A stretch of DNA of 32,000 nucleotides from Desulfobacteraceae bacterium. Its GTDB lineage: Bacteria; Desulfobacterota; Desulfobacteria; Desulfobacterales; Desulfobacteraceae. The notes under the pieces are model-generated. The model saw nothing but the letters and a program-made list of their open reading frames with translations, was not told the DNA's origin and did not search any database. Position 1 is the first letter of the stretch. Each line of letters begins with the position of its first letter. This document shows positions 1 through 7,094 of the stretch, piece after piece. The DNA is taken from positions 36,056 to 68,055 of the forward strand of contig DAOVTW010000002.1 in the NCBI GenBank assembly GCA_030632885.1. The letters run 5' to 3'. Both the position numbers and the translations under genes were made by a program.

Positions 1-1
1 T

Positions 2-229
2 AAAAGAGCAAAGGCTGCCGGTCTTGAGGTTAATAAAGAAAACCTTTACAAAATGATGAACGAAATGAATGGGGATAAAGCTTATCAACCATATACCACC
101 ATAGGACCTGTAACATATTCAGAAACAGACCGTGCTGGTGTTGATATGCTTCAAATCTATAACGTTCAAGGCGGCACATTCAAAAAAGTTGGAGAACCCA
201 TGCAGTCTGAGTACATGAAAAAAATATAG
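2..229 (+). CDS. 3' fragment (75 codons) of a periplasmic ABC substrate-binding protein, branched-chain amino acid (LivK-like) family; the start lies upstream of the window
   Basis: Frame is open from the window edge to TAG 227-229. Hand translation: KRAKAAGLEVNKENLYKMMNEMNGDKAYQPYTTIGPVTYSETDRAGVDMLQIYNVQGGTFKKVGEPMQSEYMKKI. A LivF-type ATPase gene follows. Confidence 0.5.
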   Translation, partial: KRAKAAGLEVNKENLYKMMNEMNGDKAYQPYTTIGPVTYSETDRAGVDMLQIYNVQGGTFKKVGEPMQSEYMKKI

Positions 230-260
230 TAAACCTGAATTAATTAGCATTGATTTAACT

Positions 261-290
261 ACAGTGACCAGTGATAATACTGGTCACTGT
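261..290 (+). promoter_or_regulatory. Intercistronic stem-loop: perfect 12-bp inverted repeat ACAGTGACCAGT-gataat-ACTGGTCACTGT
   Basis: Read directly. It lies between the binding-protein stop (229) and the livF-like start (334). AAAATAAAC follows, so it is not a canonical intrinsic terminator. Confidence 0.35.
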
Positions 291-333
291 AAAATAAACT
301 ATAGAAGTAAAACTAAAATAGAACAAAGAGCAT

Positions 334-1152
334 ATGAAAAATACAACTGAAGAAAATTTGCTGGAAGTTAACAATATTGAAGTTGTATATAATGATATTG
401 TTCAGGTGTTGCGTGGTGTGAGTTTAAGTGTACCAAAAGGATCCATTGTAGCTTTACTTGGGACCAACGGCGCCGGCAAAACAACCACCCTAAGAGCTGT
501 CAGCGGTCTTTTAAAGCCTGAAAATGGTGCTATCAGAGAAGGGTATATCAAGTTTAACAACGTAGATACAACCCATCTAATGGGGACTGATGTTGTAAAG
601 CTTGGTGCTGTTATGGTTCCTGAAGGCAGAAGGGTTTTTAAACATCTGACAGTTAATGAAAATATCAGAGTCGGCTCTATTACACGGAAAGACGGTGCTC
701 AAAAAATACGTGAAGATAATGAGCTGATGTATAAGCATTTCCCAAGACTTTCAAATGTTACAAACAGGATGGCAGGCTACAGTTCCGGAGGCGAGCAACA
801 GATGATTGCCATTGCAAGGGCTCTTATGGCAGCTCCTAAAATGCTCATGCTTGATGAACCATCGCTTGGTCTTGCACCTCTGCTTGTAAAAGAAATTTTT
901 GAAAATATACAGCGTATTAACAGAGAATTGAATACTACAATTTTTGTTGTAGAACAAAACGCAAAGATTGCTTTATCAATTTCTGATTACGCTTATATTA
1001 TGGAGTCTGGTAAAATTGTTCTTGAAGGTTCTTCAGAAGAGTTACAGAACAATCCCGATGTCAAGGAATTTTATATGGGGATCACCAAGGGTGGTGGCAG
1101 AAAGTCCTTTAAAGATGTCAAATCATATAAAAGACGTAAACGCTGGATGTAG
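334..1152 (+). CDS. livF: Branched-chain amino acid-type ABC transporter ATP-binding protein (LivF family)
   Basis: 272-aa ORF with Walker A GTNGAGKTT, ABC signature YSSGGEQQ and Walker B MLMLDEPS; basic C-terminal tail KSYKRRKRWM. Confidence 0.8.
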   Translation: MKNTTEENLLEVNNIEVVYNDIVQVLRGVSLSVPKGSIVALLGTNGAGKTTTLRAVSGLLKPENGAIREGYIKFNNVDTTHLMGTDVVKLGAVMVPEGRRVFKHLTVNENIRVGSITRKDGAQKIREDNELMYKHFPRLSNVTNRMAGYSSGGEQQMIAIARALMAAPKMLMLDEPSLGLAPLLVKEIFENIQRINRELNTTIFVVEQNAKIALSISDYAYIMESGKIVLEGSSEELQNNPDVKEFYMGITKGGGRKSFKDVKSYKRRKRWM

Positions 1153-1175
1153 TCGAAAAGTTTAGGAGAACATTT

Positions 1176-2078
1176 ATGAAGATTATGGTTGGATATAATG
1201 GTGGTGATGTTGGCAGGAGAGCCCTCTCTCTTGCCAGAGATTATGCAAAAACTTATGAAGCTTTTGTTTATATAGTCACTTCCATGGAAGGTGGGACTTC
1301 TGAAAGACAATCTGATATTGCTTCGGCCCAGGAGGATTTGGATTTTGCAAAAAGCTTTATGCAAGAAGCAGGCATTGAGTGTGATACTCAACAGATTGTG
1401 CGTGGACTTTCTCCAGGTGAGGATCTTGTAAAATTTGCTTATGACATGGATATCTCTCATATTTTTCTTGGATTAAAGAAAAAATCAAGAGCACAGAAGA
1501 TGCTTTTAGGCTCAACTTCCGGATATGTGATCCTCAAAGCACCTTGTCCTGTAACAACAGTAAAATGGGACATTACAAGTCTGTCAACAGAGGATATTTT
1601 AAAGGATCAAAAAATTCTTATTGTTGACGATGAACCAGATATTATTGAAACAATTGAAGAGCTTCTTGATATGTGTTCTTTGGATACTGCTCCAACTTTT
1701 GAAGCTGCAAAAAAACTTCTTTCTGAGAATAAATATGATCTTGCAATTTTAGATATTATGGGTATTCAAGGATATGATTTGCTTGATCTTGCAAAACAAA
1801 GGGGTATTCCTGCTTTAATGCTCACTGCCCATGCACTCACCCCGGAAAACCTTAGAGAATCTATTGAGAAAGGTGCTGATGCATACGTTCCCAAAGATGA
1901 GCTTGTAAATATTGCAGATCATATAGCAGATGTTATAAAAAGCAATGTTAAAGGAAAACAGGGTTATGGAGCATGGTTTTCTAATCTGAAGCCATTCTTT
2001 GACAAAGCTTTTGGGAAGGGATGGAGAGATAAAGATAGAACTTTCTGGAACTCTTTTGACGATAAGTATGGCAGATAA
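1176..2078 (+). CDS. Universal stress protein (Usp) domain fused to a CheY-like receiver domain; no output domain
   Basis: 300-aa ORF starting 23 nt after the livF-like stop. Usp-like N-terminal half (KIMVGYNGGDVGRRAL ... LLGSTSGYVILKAPCPVTTV). Receiver half with ILIVDDEPD, DLAILDIMG, LMLTAH and YVPKDE. Confidence 0.75.
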   Translation: MKIMVGYNGGDVGRRALSLARDYAKTYEAFVYIVTSMEGGTSERQSDIASAQEDLDFAKSFMQEAGIECDTQQIVRGLSPGEDLVKFAYDMDISHIFLGLKKKSRAQKMLLGSTSGYVILKAPCPVTTVKWDITSLSTEDILKDQKILIVDDEPDIIETIEELLDMCSLDTAPTFEAAKKLLSENKYDLAILDIMGIQGYDLLDLAKQRGIPALMLTAHALTPENLRESIEKGADAYVPKDELVNIADHIADVIKSNVKGKQGYGAWFSNLKPFFDKAFGKGWRDKDRTFWNSFDDKYGR

Positions 2079-2091
2079 TTAGTTTTTGTTT

Positions 2092-3288
2092 TTATTCAGT
2101 TTTAAGCTTTGCAAGACCAAGACTGAAAAAAATGCAAAGTCCTGCAATACATCCTAAAAACCAGGATCCAGAACTCCAGGTTCCGGTTGTTGACACAATC
2201 CATGCAAGTATAATCGGTCCAAAAACCTGCCCTGATTGACCTCCTTGAATTAACATACCTGTTGTTGTAGAAATTAATCTTTCAGATGGTGCATAAATTG
2301 GCGCTCCTCCAAGTACTGATGCAGGTATCAAACCCCCTATTATAGAAAAAAGAATACATCCTGTATAATTAATTAAAAAGTTTGTATCTGAATATATTGC
2401 TATAGAACAACACCCCATGACAAAACTAGCAAATGCTATTAAAAGCCATCGTTTAATTCCATATTTTAAAAGGCGTCCTCCAGCAAGGTTGCCAACAATA
2501 TTTGCTCCCACCATTATAGCAGTTAATATAGAAGCACTTGATTTTGTAAACTCGTATTTTTCTATTAGAAGAGTTGGCAAAAAGCCCATCACAGCGAGCC
2601 ATTGCAAAGCATACATTGTAAAAATCAGAGAAAGTAGTACCGGACCTGCCGAGGTTAAAGTTGTTTTCATATCATGGATGAAGTTTTTAATACTTAACTT
2701 ATTTTCTTTCTTAAAAGGAGTAATGCTTCCCGTCGTATTTATCAGAAGAATGAGATAAAAAGTAAGTAAAAGACTGTTTATTTGCCATGCCCCTCGCCAG
2801 TCAGCAAATTTTGAAAAAAAAGGGATAAGAAACATTATAAGAGATGCTCCAGCAGGTAAATAGCAGCTCCACATTGATAAAGCAACTTTTATATCTTTTT
2901 TTCTCACCACTTGAAATATTAGTGTTGGGGCACTTACAACAACTGCAAGAAAACCCATACCTTCAAAAAGGCGTGTTCCTAATAATATATAAAAAGATGA
3001 TGCAAATGATCCTAAAAAACTAGCCAGAGCTTGAATAGCCATGCCAAATATTAAAAGTCTGCGGTGACCAATAGTGTCAGCGATTGCACCTGTAAATGTT
3101 CCAAGAATAAGACCTGTTATATTAAATATGGAAAGAATCCATCCTGCATAAAACAGGCTAATCATTAGTTCGGTTTTTATATCAGGTAATAAAGGAGGGA
3201 CTTTACCTACCTGGAAAGCTGAAACAACACCTGCTCCCACTAGTATTAAAACAAGTCCCCATGGGCTGTTGGTTTTGATTTCTTTCAA
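2092..3288 (-). CDS. MFS transporter
   Basis: 398-aa ORF that is hydrophobic throughout (about 12 segments by eye). MFS motif-A-like loop GAIADTIGHRRLL. 4-nt ATGA overlap with the upstream GT gene. Confidence 0.75.
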   Translation of the reverse strand: MKEIKTNSPWGLVLILVGAGVVSAFQVGKVPPLLPDIKTELMISLFYAGWILSIFNITGLILGTFTGAIADTIGHRRLLIFGMAIQALASFLGSFASSFYILLGTRLFEGMGFLAVVVSAPTLIFQVVRKKDIKVALSMWSCYLPAGASLIMFLIPFFSKFADWRGAWQINSLLLTFYLILLINTTGSITPFKKENKLSIKNFIHDMKTTLTSAGPVLLSLIFTMYALQWLAVMGFLPTLLIEKYEFTKSSASILTAIMVGANIVGNLAGGRLLKYGIKRWLLIAFASFVMGCCSIAIYSDTNFLINYTGCILFSIIGGLIPASVLGGAPIYAPSERLISTTTGMLIQGGQSGQVFGPIILAWIVSTTGTWSSGSWFLGCIAGLCIFFSLGLAKLKTE

Positions 3289-4529
3289 TTTATTAAATCT
3301 AAATGATTATAAATGGTGTTTATTCTTTTAAATATTTTTCCCCAGGTATAATTAGCGATGAGATTATTTATAGTTGAAAAACCATGTGCTGTTGTAAAAT
3401 CATGGTTTTGATTTGAAATAACAGTCTGAATCATATGCTCTATTATCTTTGCAAGGCTTGTTTCCAAATAATGTATATCTTTTTTATAAGGCATATCAAT
3501 GGTTTCAAGCTTTGGAAGATCCACCATCTGAATCATATCACTTTCAATTGTCCCAAAGACCTCCTTAACCCCTTCAAGGGAAGTGGTGATAATTCGGCAT
3601 CCACAAGCAAGCGCTTCCATCAAGACAAGGGGGAATCCCTCATAAAAAGAGGGAAGAATAAAGATATGGCATTTGCGCATCATTTTTCCTAAGTCCTCAT
3701 GGCTCAGAGGTCCATGATACAAAGCTTTATCACCAAGTTTTTTTGCAAGATCAAGACACAATTGCTTTTCATTTGTACTCCCGTCACCTGCTATATGAAG
3801 CCTGAAAGGAGAGTCCTTAATTTTTAATAAACTATTGAGTAGCCAGGGTACGCCCTTGGCGCCTGATAATTTTCCGGCGTATAATATTTCTACTTTGTCT
3901 TTAAATTCCTTTTTCTTAAAATAGAATACTTTGTCATTGAATCCTCCCGGGATTACATCAATTTTTTTAGGGTCAATTGAGTGTATGTTAACAATTTGCG
4001 CTTTTTGGAAATTACTTAATGCCATTACCCGGTCAATATTTTTAAAAGACTTAGTCACTCTTTTACCAATATGCGGGCATAAATAAAACTGCCTGAGACA
4101 GGTTCCATGACATGTGGTAACAATGGGGATATTTGGTGCTGCTTTCAAGGCTATTGATGTTGCGATCCATAGATGATGCGTATGGATAATATCAGGTTTA
4201 AATAAATTAAGTGCTTGAAGAATCTTATTCTCAAACACGGTTTCATAGTGTTCTATTTCAGAAGTGGAAAGGGTAGAAAAAATAGCGCTCTTATAAGGCA
4301 TGGCATCAGACATTCCAGGAATTGCACAGGCAATATCTTTTCCGTCAAATTGGATAGAAATACAATTTTCTTTAGCAATTATAGACGGAGCAATATTAAA
4401 ATCAGACTGCATGCCAGCAATGAGAAAATTTTCATGCCCGTTTAGTTTTGCGTTTTTTAAAATTTCCTGAATAAATTTACCACTACCAGTAAAGTCAGGA
4501 GCCTGGCTTATGATATGTAAAATTTTCAT
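3285..4529 (-). CDS. Family 4 (GT-B, retaining) glycosyltransferase
   Basis: 414-aa ORF. N-terminal KILHIISQAPDFTGSGKF and C-terminal EGFPLVLMEALACGCRIITT are typical of GT4/GT1-type enzymes. Confidence 0.8.
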   Translation of the reverse strand: MKILHIISQAPDFTGSGKFIQEILKNAKLNGHENFLIAGMQSDFNIAPSIIAKENCISIQFDGKDIACAIPGMSDAMPYKSAIFSTLSTSEIEHYETVFENKILQALNLFKPDIIHTHHLWIATSIALKAAPNIPIVTTCHGTCLRQFYLCPHIGKRVTKSFKNIDRVMALSNFQKAQIVNIHSIDPKKIDVIPGGFNDKVFYFKKKEFKDKVEILYAGKLSGAKGVPWLLNSLLKIKDSPFRLHIAGDGSTNEKQLCLDLAKKLGDKALYHGPLSHEDLGKMMRKCHIFILPSFYEGFPLVLMEALACGCRIITTSLEGVKEVFGTIESDMIQMVDLPKLETIDMPYKKDIHYLETSLAKIIEHMIQTVISNQNHDFTTAHGFSTINNLIANYTWGKIFKRINTIYNHLDLIN

Positions 4530-4631
4530 TTGAAAGAAAATATCACATGTTTAAATTAAAATAAACGTTAATGAATTGTTTGAGGATAATTTGTAAATAT
4601 TAGGGCAAGGTCAGTTAGTTTTATTGCTTGC

Positions 4632-4660
4632 TTGACAAAAAAGTGATTTCCTATCATAAA
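4632..4660 (+). promoter_or_regulatory. Sigma70-like promoter TTGACA-17 nt-CATAAA
   Basis: Consensus -35 at 4632-4637, 17-nt spacer, 4/6 -10 at 4655-4660. It lies inside the TTG-started 5' extension of the tracked ORF, so the helicase probably starts at ATG 4667 (possibly leaderless) or ATG 4685/4691. Confidence 0.4.
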
Positions 4661-4666
4661 ACGTAT

Positions 4667-6817
4667 ATGACTAGCAAAATAAATATGCCCATGTCGACAC
4701 TTGTAAACAATGAATTACTATTAGCTAATGACTTTGTTCAATACACTGGGTCTAATATTTTTTTGACAGGAAAAGCAGGCACCGGTAAAACAACATTTCT
4801 TCATAATCTTCAAAAAAATACAGCAAAACGGATGATAATTACTGCGCCAACAGGTGTTGCAGCAATCAATGCTGGCGGAGTAACACTCCACTCTTTTTTT
4901 CAATTACCTTTTGGACCATTTGTGCCGGGCAGTGAGGGATATGAGCGCAGTAAACAACATCAGTTCAGGTTCAGCAAAGAAAAAAAACAGATTATGCAAA
5001 GTCTTGATTTGCTGGTTATTGATGAAATAAGTATGGTCAGGGCTGATTTGCTTGATGCTGTTGATGCAGTATTGCGTAGCCATCGGCGTAATAATCAGCC
5101 TTTTGGTGGCGTACAGCTTTTGATGATAGGGGATCTTCATCAGCTTTCTCCAGTAGCAAAACAAGCTGAATGGCAAATTCTACAGCAATACTATGAATCA
5201 GTTTATTTTTTTTGCAGCAAGGCTATTGCTGATACTGAACTTATAACCATAGAGTTGAAACATATTTATCGCCAGTCAGACGTGAATTTTATCAAACTTC
5301 TTAATCAGGTGCGTGACAACCGGCTTGATGAATCAGCTATGTCGAAACTAAATCAACGCTATATTGCGGATTTCACACCTGATAAAGATCAGGGCTATAT
5401 TACCTTGACCACCCACAATCGAAATGCTGAATCAATTAATCATACCAAGCTTGAGGAATTAACTAAAAAAGAACATCATTTTAAAGCTGAAGTTTCAGGA
5501 GATTTTCCTGAGCATATTTATCCGACATTGGAAACTCTCTTGCTTAAAGAGGGAGCCCAGGTAATGTTTGTGCGTAATGATAGCGGTTCTGAAAAGCTCT
5601 ATTACAATGGTAAAATTGGTAAAGTAAGTAATCTCTCAGATAATAGTATCAGCGTTATATGTTCTGGAGATAAAAGAGAAATCATAGTGAGACCGATTAT
5701 TTGGGAAAATATCAAATACACAGTGAACAAAGAAAGCAGGGAAATTGAAGAGGATATTATTGGTAGGTTTGAACAATATCCTTTGAAACTTGCCTGGGCT
5801 ATTACCATTCATAAGAGCCAGGGGCTAACTTTTGAAAAGGCAATTATAGATGCCAAGGCAGCTTTTGCTCACGGGCAGGTTTATGTCGCTTTAAGCCGCT
5901 GTAAAACTTTTGAGGGGATGGTACTAAGTTCCCCCATTTCTTCACAAGGAGTTGGAACAGATCGGGCAGTGAAGCATTTTAGCAAAAGCACAGAGTTAAA
6001 TCCTCCGTCTGAAAATCGGCTTAGTCTGGCAAAAATCAATTTTCAGCAACAATTGTTGCTTGAATGTTTCGGCTTTCAATCATTGCAAAATCGGCTTAAT
6101 TATTTTTCCAGGCTTTTACTGGGTAATAAAAGTGTGGTTCAGGTATCAGGGGGTATAGATATTGATCAACTTGAGAAAGATGCTATGGAAAATATTTTTA
6201 ATGTCAGTAAAAAATTTTTACGGCAATTAGACACAATTTTTAGAGATAATAAGCTGCCTGAATCTGATGACTATATTCTGGAACGAATCAGTAAAGCATC
6301 CACATGGTTTAAGGAAAAGTTTGCTTTAGTTTTTGGAGATTCGATTAATAAAATATACATGGAAACAGACAATACTAAACTTCGTACAAAGATTAACAAT
6401 GCTTTGAATAATCTGAAACAGGAGATCGCTGTGAAGATGGCCGGAGTGCAAGCCTGTGAAAATAATTTTACACCATCAAATTACCTTAAGTCTGTTTCAA
6501 ATGCAATGATTGACTTTACCCCGGATAAAGCAAAGAAACAAAAGATTCCAGAATACACCGAGTTAGACATTGATCACCCGGAGTTGTTTAAAACTATAAA
6601 AGACTGGCGTTCTCAAATAGCAAAAGAACAAAAAATTGCTCATTTCCTAATATTACATCAACAAGTACTGATTCAAATTGTGGTAGGCCTGCCTGATAAC
6701 CTTAAAGATTTACAAAAAATAAATGGAGTAGGACAGAAAACCATTGAAAAATACGGTGAAGAGCTTTTAGCTATGGTATTTGCTTATCGTAAAAAATTTT
6801 CTATTGACAAAAAATGA
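4667..6817 (+). CDS. PIF1/RecD-like superfamily 1 DNA helicase with a C-terminal HRDC domain
   Basis: Walker A GKAGTGKTT, ITAPTGVAAINAGGVTLHSFF, Walker B LLVIDEISMV, LLMIGDLHQLSPV, AITIHKSQGLTFE, YVALSRC. HRDC-like tail ILHQQVLIQIVVGLPDNLKDLQKINGVGQKTIEKYGEELL. The tracked ORF begins at TTG 4628; I prefer ATG 4667. Confidence 0.8.
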   Translation: MTSKINMPMSTLVNNELLLANDFVQYTGSNIFLTGKAGTGKTTFLHNLQKNTAKRMIITAPTGVAAINAGGVTLHSFFQLPFGPFVPGSEGYERSKQHQFRFSKEKKQIMQSLDLLVIDEISMVRADLLDAVDAVLRSHRRNNQPFGGVQLLMIGDLHQLSPVAKQAEWQILQQYYESVYFFCSKAIADTELITIELKHIYRQSDVNFIKLLNQVRDNRLDESAMSKLNQRYIADFTPDKDQGYITLTTHNRNAESINHTKLEELTKKEHHFKAEVSGDFPEHIYPTLETLLLKEGAQVMFVRNDSGSEKLYYNGKIGKVSNLSDNSISVICSGDKREIIVRPIIWENIKYTVNKESREIEEDIIGRFEQYPLKLAWAITIHKSQGLTFEKAIIDAKAAFAHGQVYVALSRCKTFEGMVLSSPISSQGVGTDRAVKHFSKSTELNPPSENRLSLAKINFQQQLLLECFGFQSLQNRLNYFSRLLLGNKSVVQVSGGIDIDQLEKDAMENIFNVSKKFLRQLDTIFRDNKLPESDDYILERISKASTWFKEKFALVFGDSINKIYMETDNTKLRTKINNALNNLKQEIAVKMAGVQACENNFTPSNYLKSVSNAMIDFTPDKAKKQKIPEYTELDIDHPELFKTIKDWRSQIAKEQKIAHFLILHQQVLIQIVVGLPDNLKDLQKINGVGQKTIEKYGEELLAMVFAYRKKFSIDKK

Positions 6818-6832
6818 AATGGTTTGTATATT
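6804..6832 (+). promoter_or_regulatory. Near-consensus sigma70 promoter TTGACA-17 nt-TATATT overlapping the helicase stop
   Basis: TTGACA 6804-6809, 17-nt spacer, TATATT 6827-6832. It would start a roughly 255-nt leader ahead of the DAHP synthase fusion gene. Confidence 0.45.
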
Positions 6833-6894
6833 CCAAAGTTATTAAAAGATGTAGATATTAATAAATGATTATAAGGTTATTTACTGAAAGACTG

Positions 6895-6981
6895 ATGAAA
6901 GCTTTAACAAATAAAAATTTAGTAGCACTTGCAATATTTAGTATTGAACGTTTCTTTTTTAGGAGCGTTCATCCGGTATAA
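6895..6981 (+). CDS. Candidate 28-aa leader peptide MKALTNKNLVALAIFSIERFFFRSVHPV with a run of three Phe codons
   Basis: ATG 6895, TTC TTT TTT at 6952-6960, TAA 6979-6981. Only a weak GAAAG Shine-Dalgarno. An in-frame upstream ATG at 6865 would give 38 aa. The stop codon sits inside the 5' arm of the candidate antiterminator. Confidence 0.35.
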   Translation: MKALTNKNLVALAIFSIERFFFRSVHPV

Positions 6982-7016
6982 TAACTAACAAATAAGTTAT
7001 AATACCTCGGGTGAAC
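6967..7016 (+). promoter_or_regulatory. Candidate antiterminator hairpin of the aro/phe leader
   Basis: Hand pairing of 6967-6985 (GTTCATCCGGTATAATAAC) with 6996-7016 (GTTATAATACCTCGGGTGAAC): 18 pairs in 5+5+8 blocks, with one mismatch, a 2-nt bulge and one G-U. The 3' arm overlaps the 5' arm of the terminator (7005-7011). Confidence 0.4.
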
Positions 7017-7043
7017 ATGATTTGCCCGGGGTTTTTTATTTTT
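7005..7043 (+). terminator. Intrinsic terminator-like hairpin inside the leader, 52 nt upstream of the fusion-gene start
   Basis: CCTCGGG (7005-7011) pairs with CCCGGGG (7025-7031), 7 bp including one G-U, 13-nt loop, followed by TTTTTTATTTTT (7032-7043). Confidence 0.55.
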
Positions 7044-7045
7044 AG

Positions 7046-7076
7046 GCTCTGGGAAGAAATTCTTAAGAGCTTTTTT
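7046..7076 (+). terminator. Second, weaker hairpin plus T6 just before the RBS
   Basis: GCTCT (7046-7050) / AGAGC (7066-7070) with an inner AAG/CTT, then TTTTTT 7071-7076. AAGGAGG RBS at 7084-7090. Confidence 0.25.
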
Positions 7077-7094
7077 ATTTTATAAGGAGGTAAA

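Noticed and set aside
4628-4666. TTG/alternative-start 5' extensions given by the ORF track (also 9154, 9824, 11191, 15203, 22558, 24490, 29396)
   Set aside because: In each case a downstream ATG has a better-placed Shine-Dalgarno, or avoids overlapping a promoter or the upstream gene. The extensions add non-conserved-looking residues.
6833-7094. Possible T-box riboswitch (leader length and terminator/antiterminator layout fit)
   Set aside because: The antiterminator has GGGTGAAC rather than the conserved T-box GGGTGGTACC with a UGGN bulge to pair with tRNA NCCA. I could not find a convincing Stem I, specifier loop or AG-bulge/distal-loop motifs.
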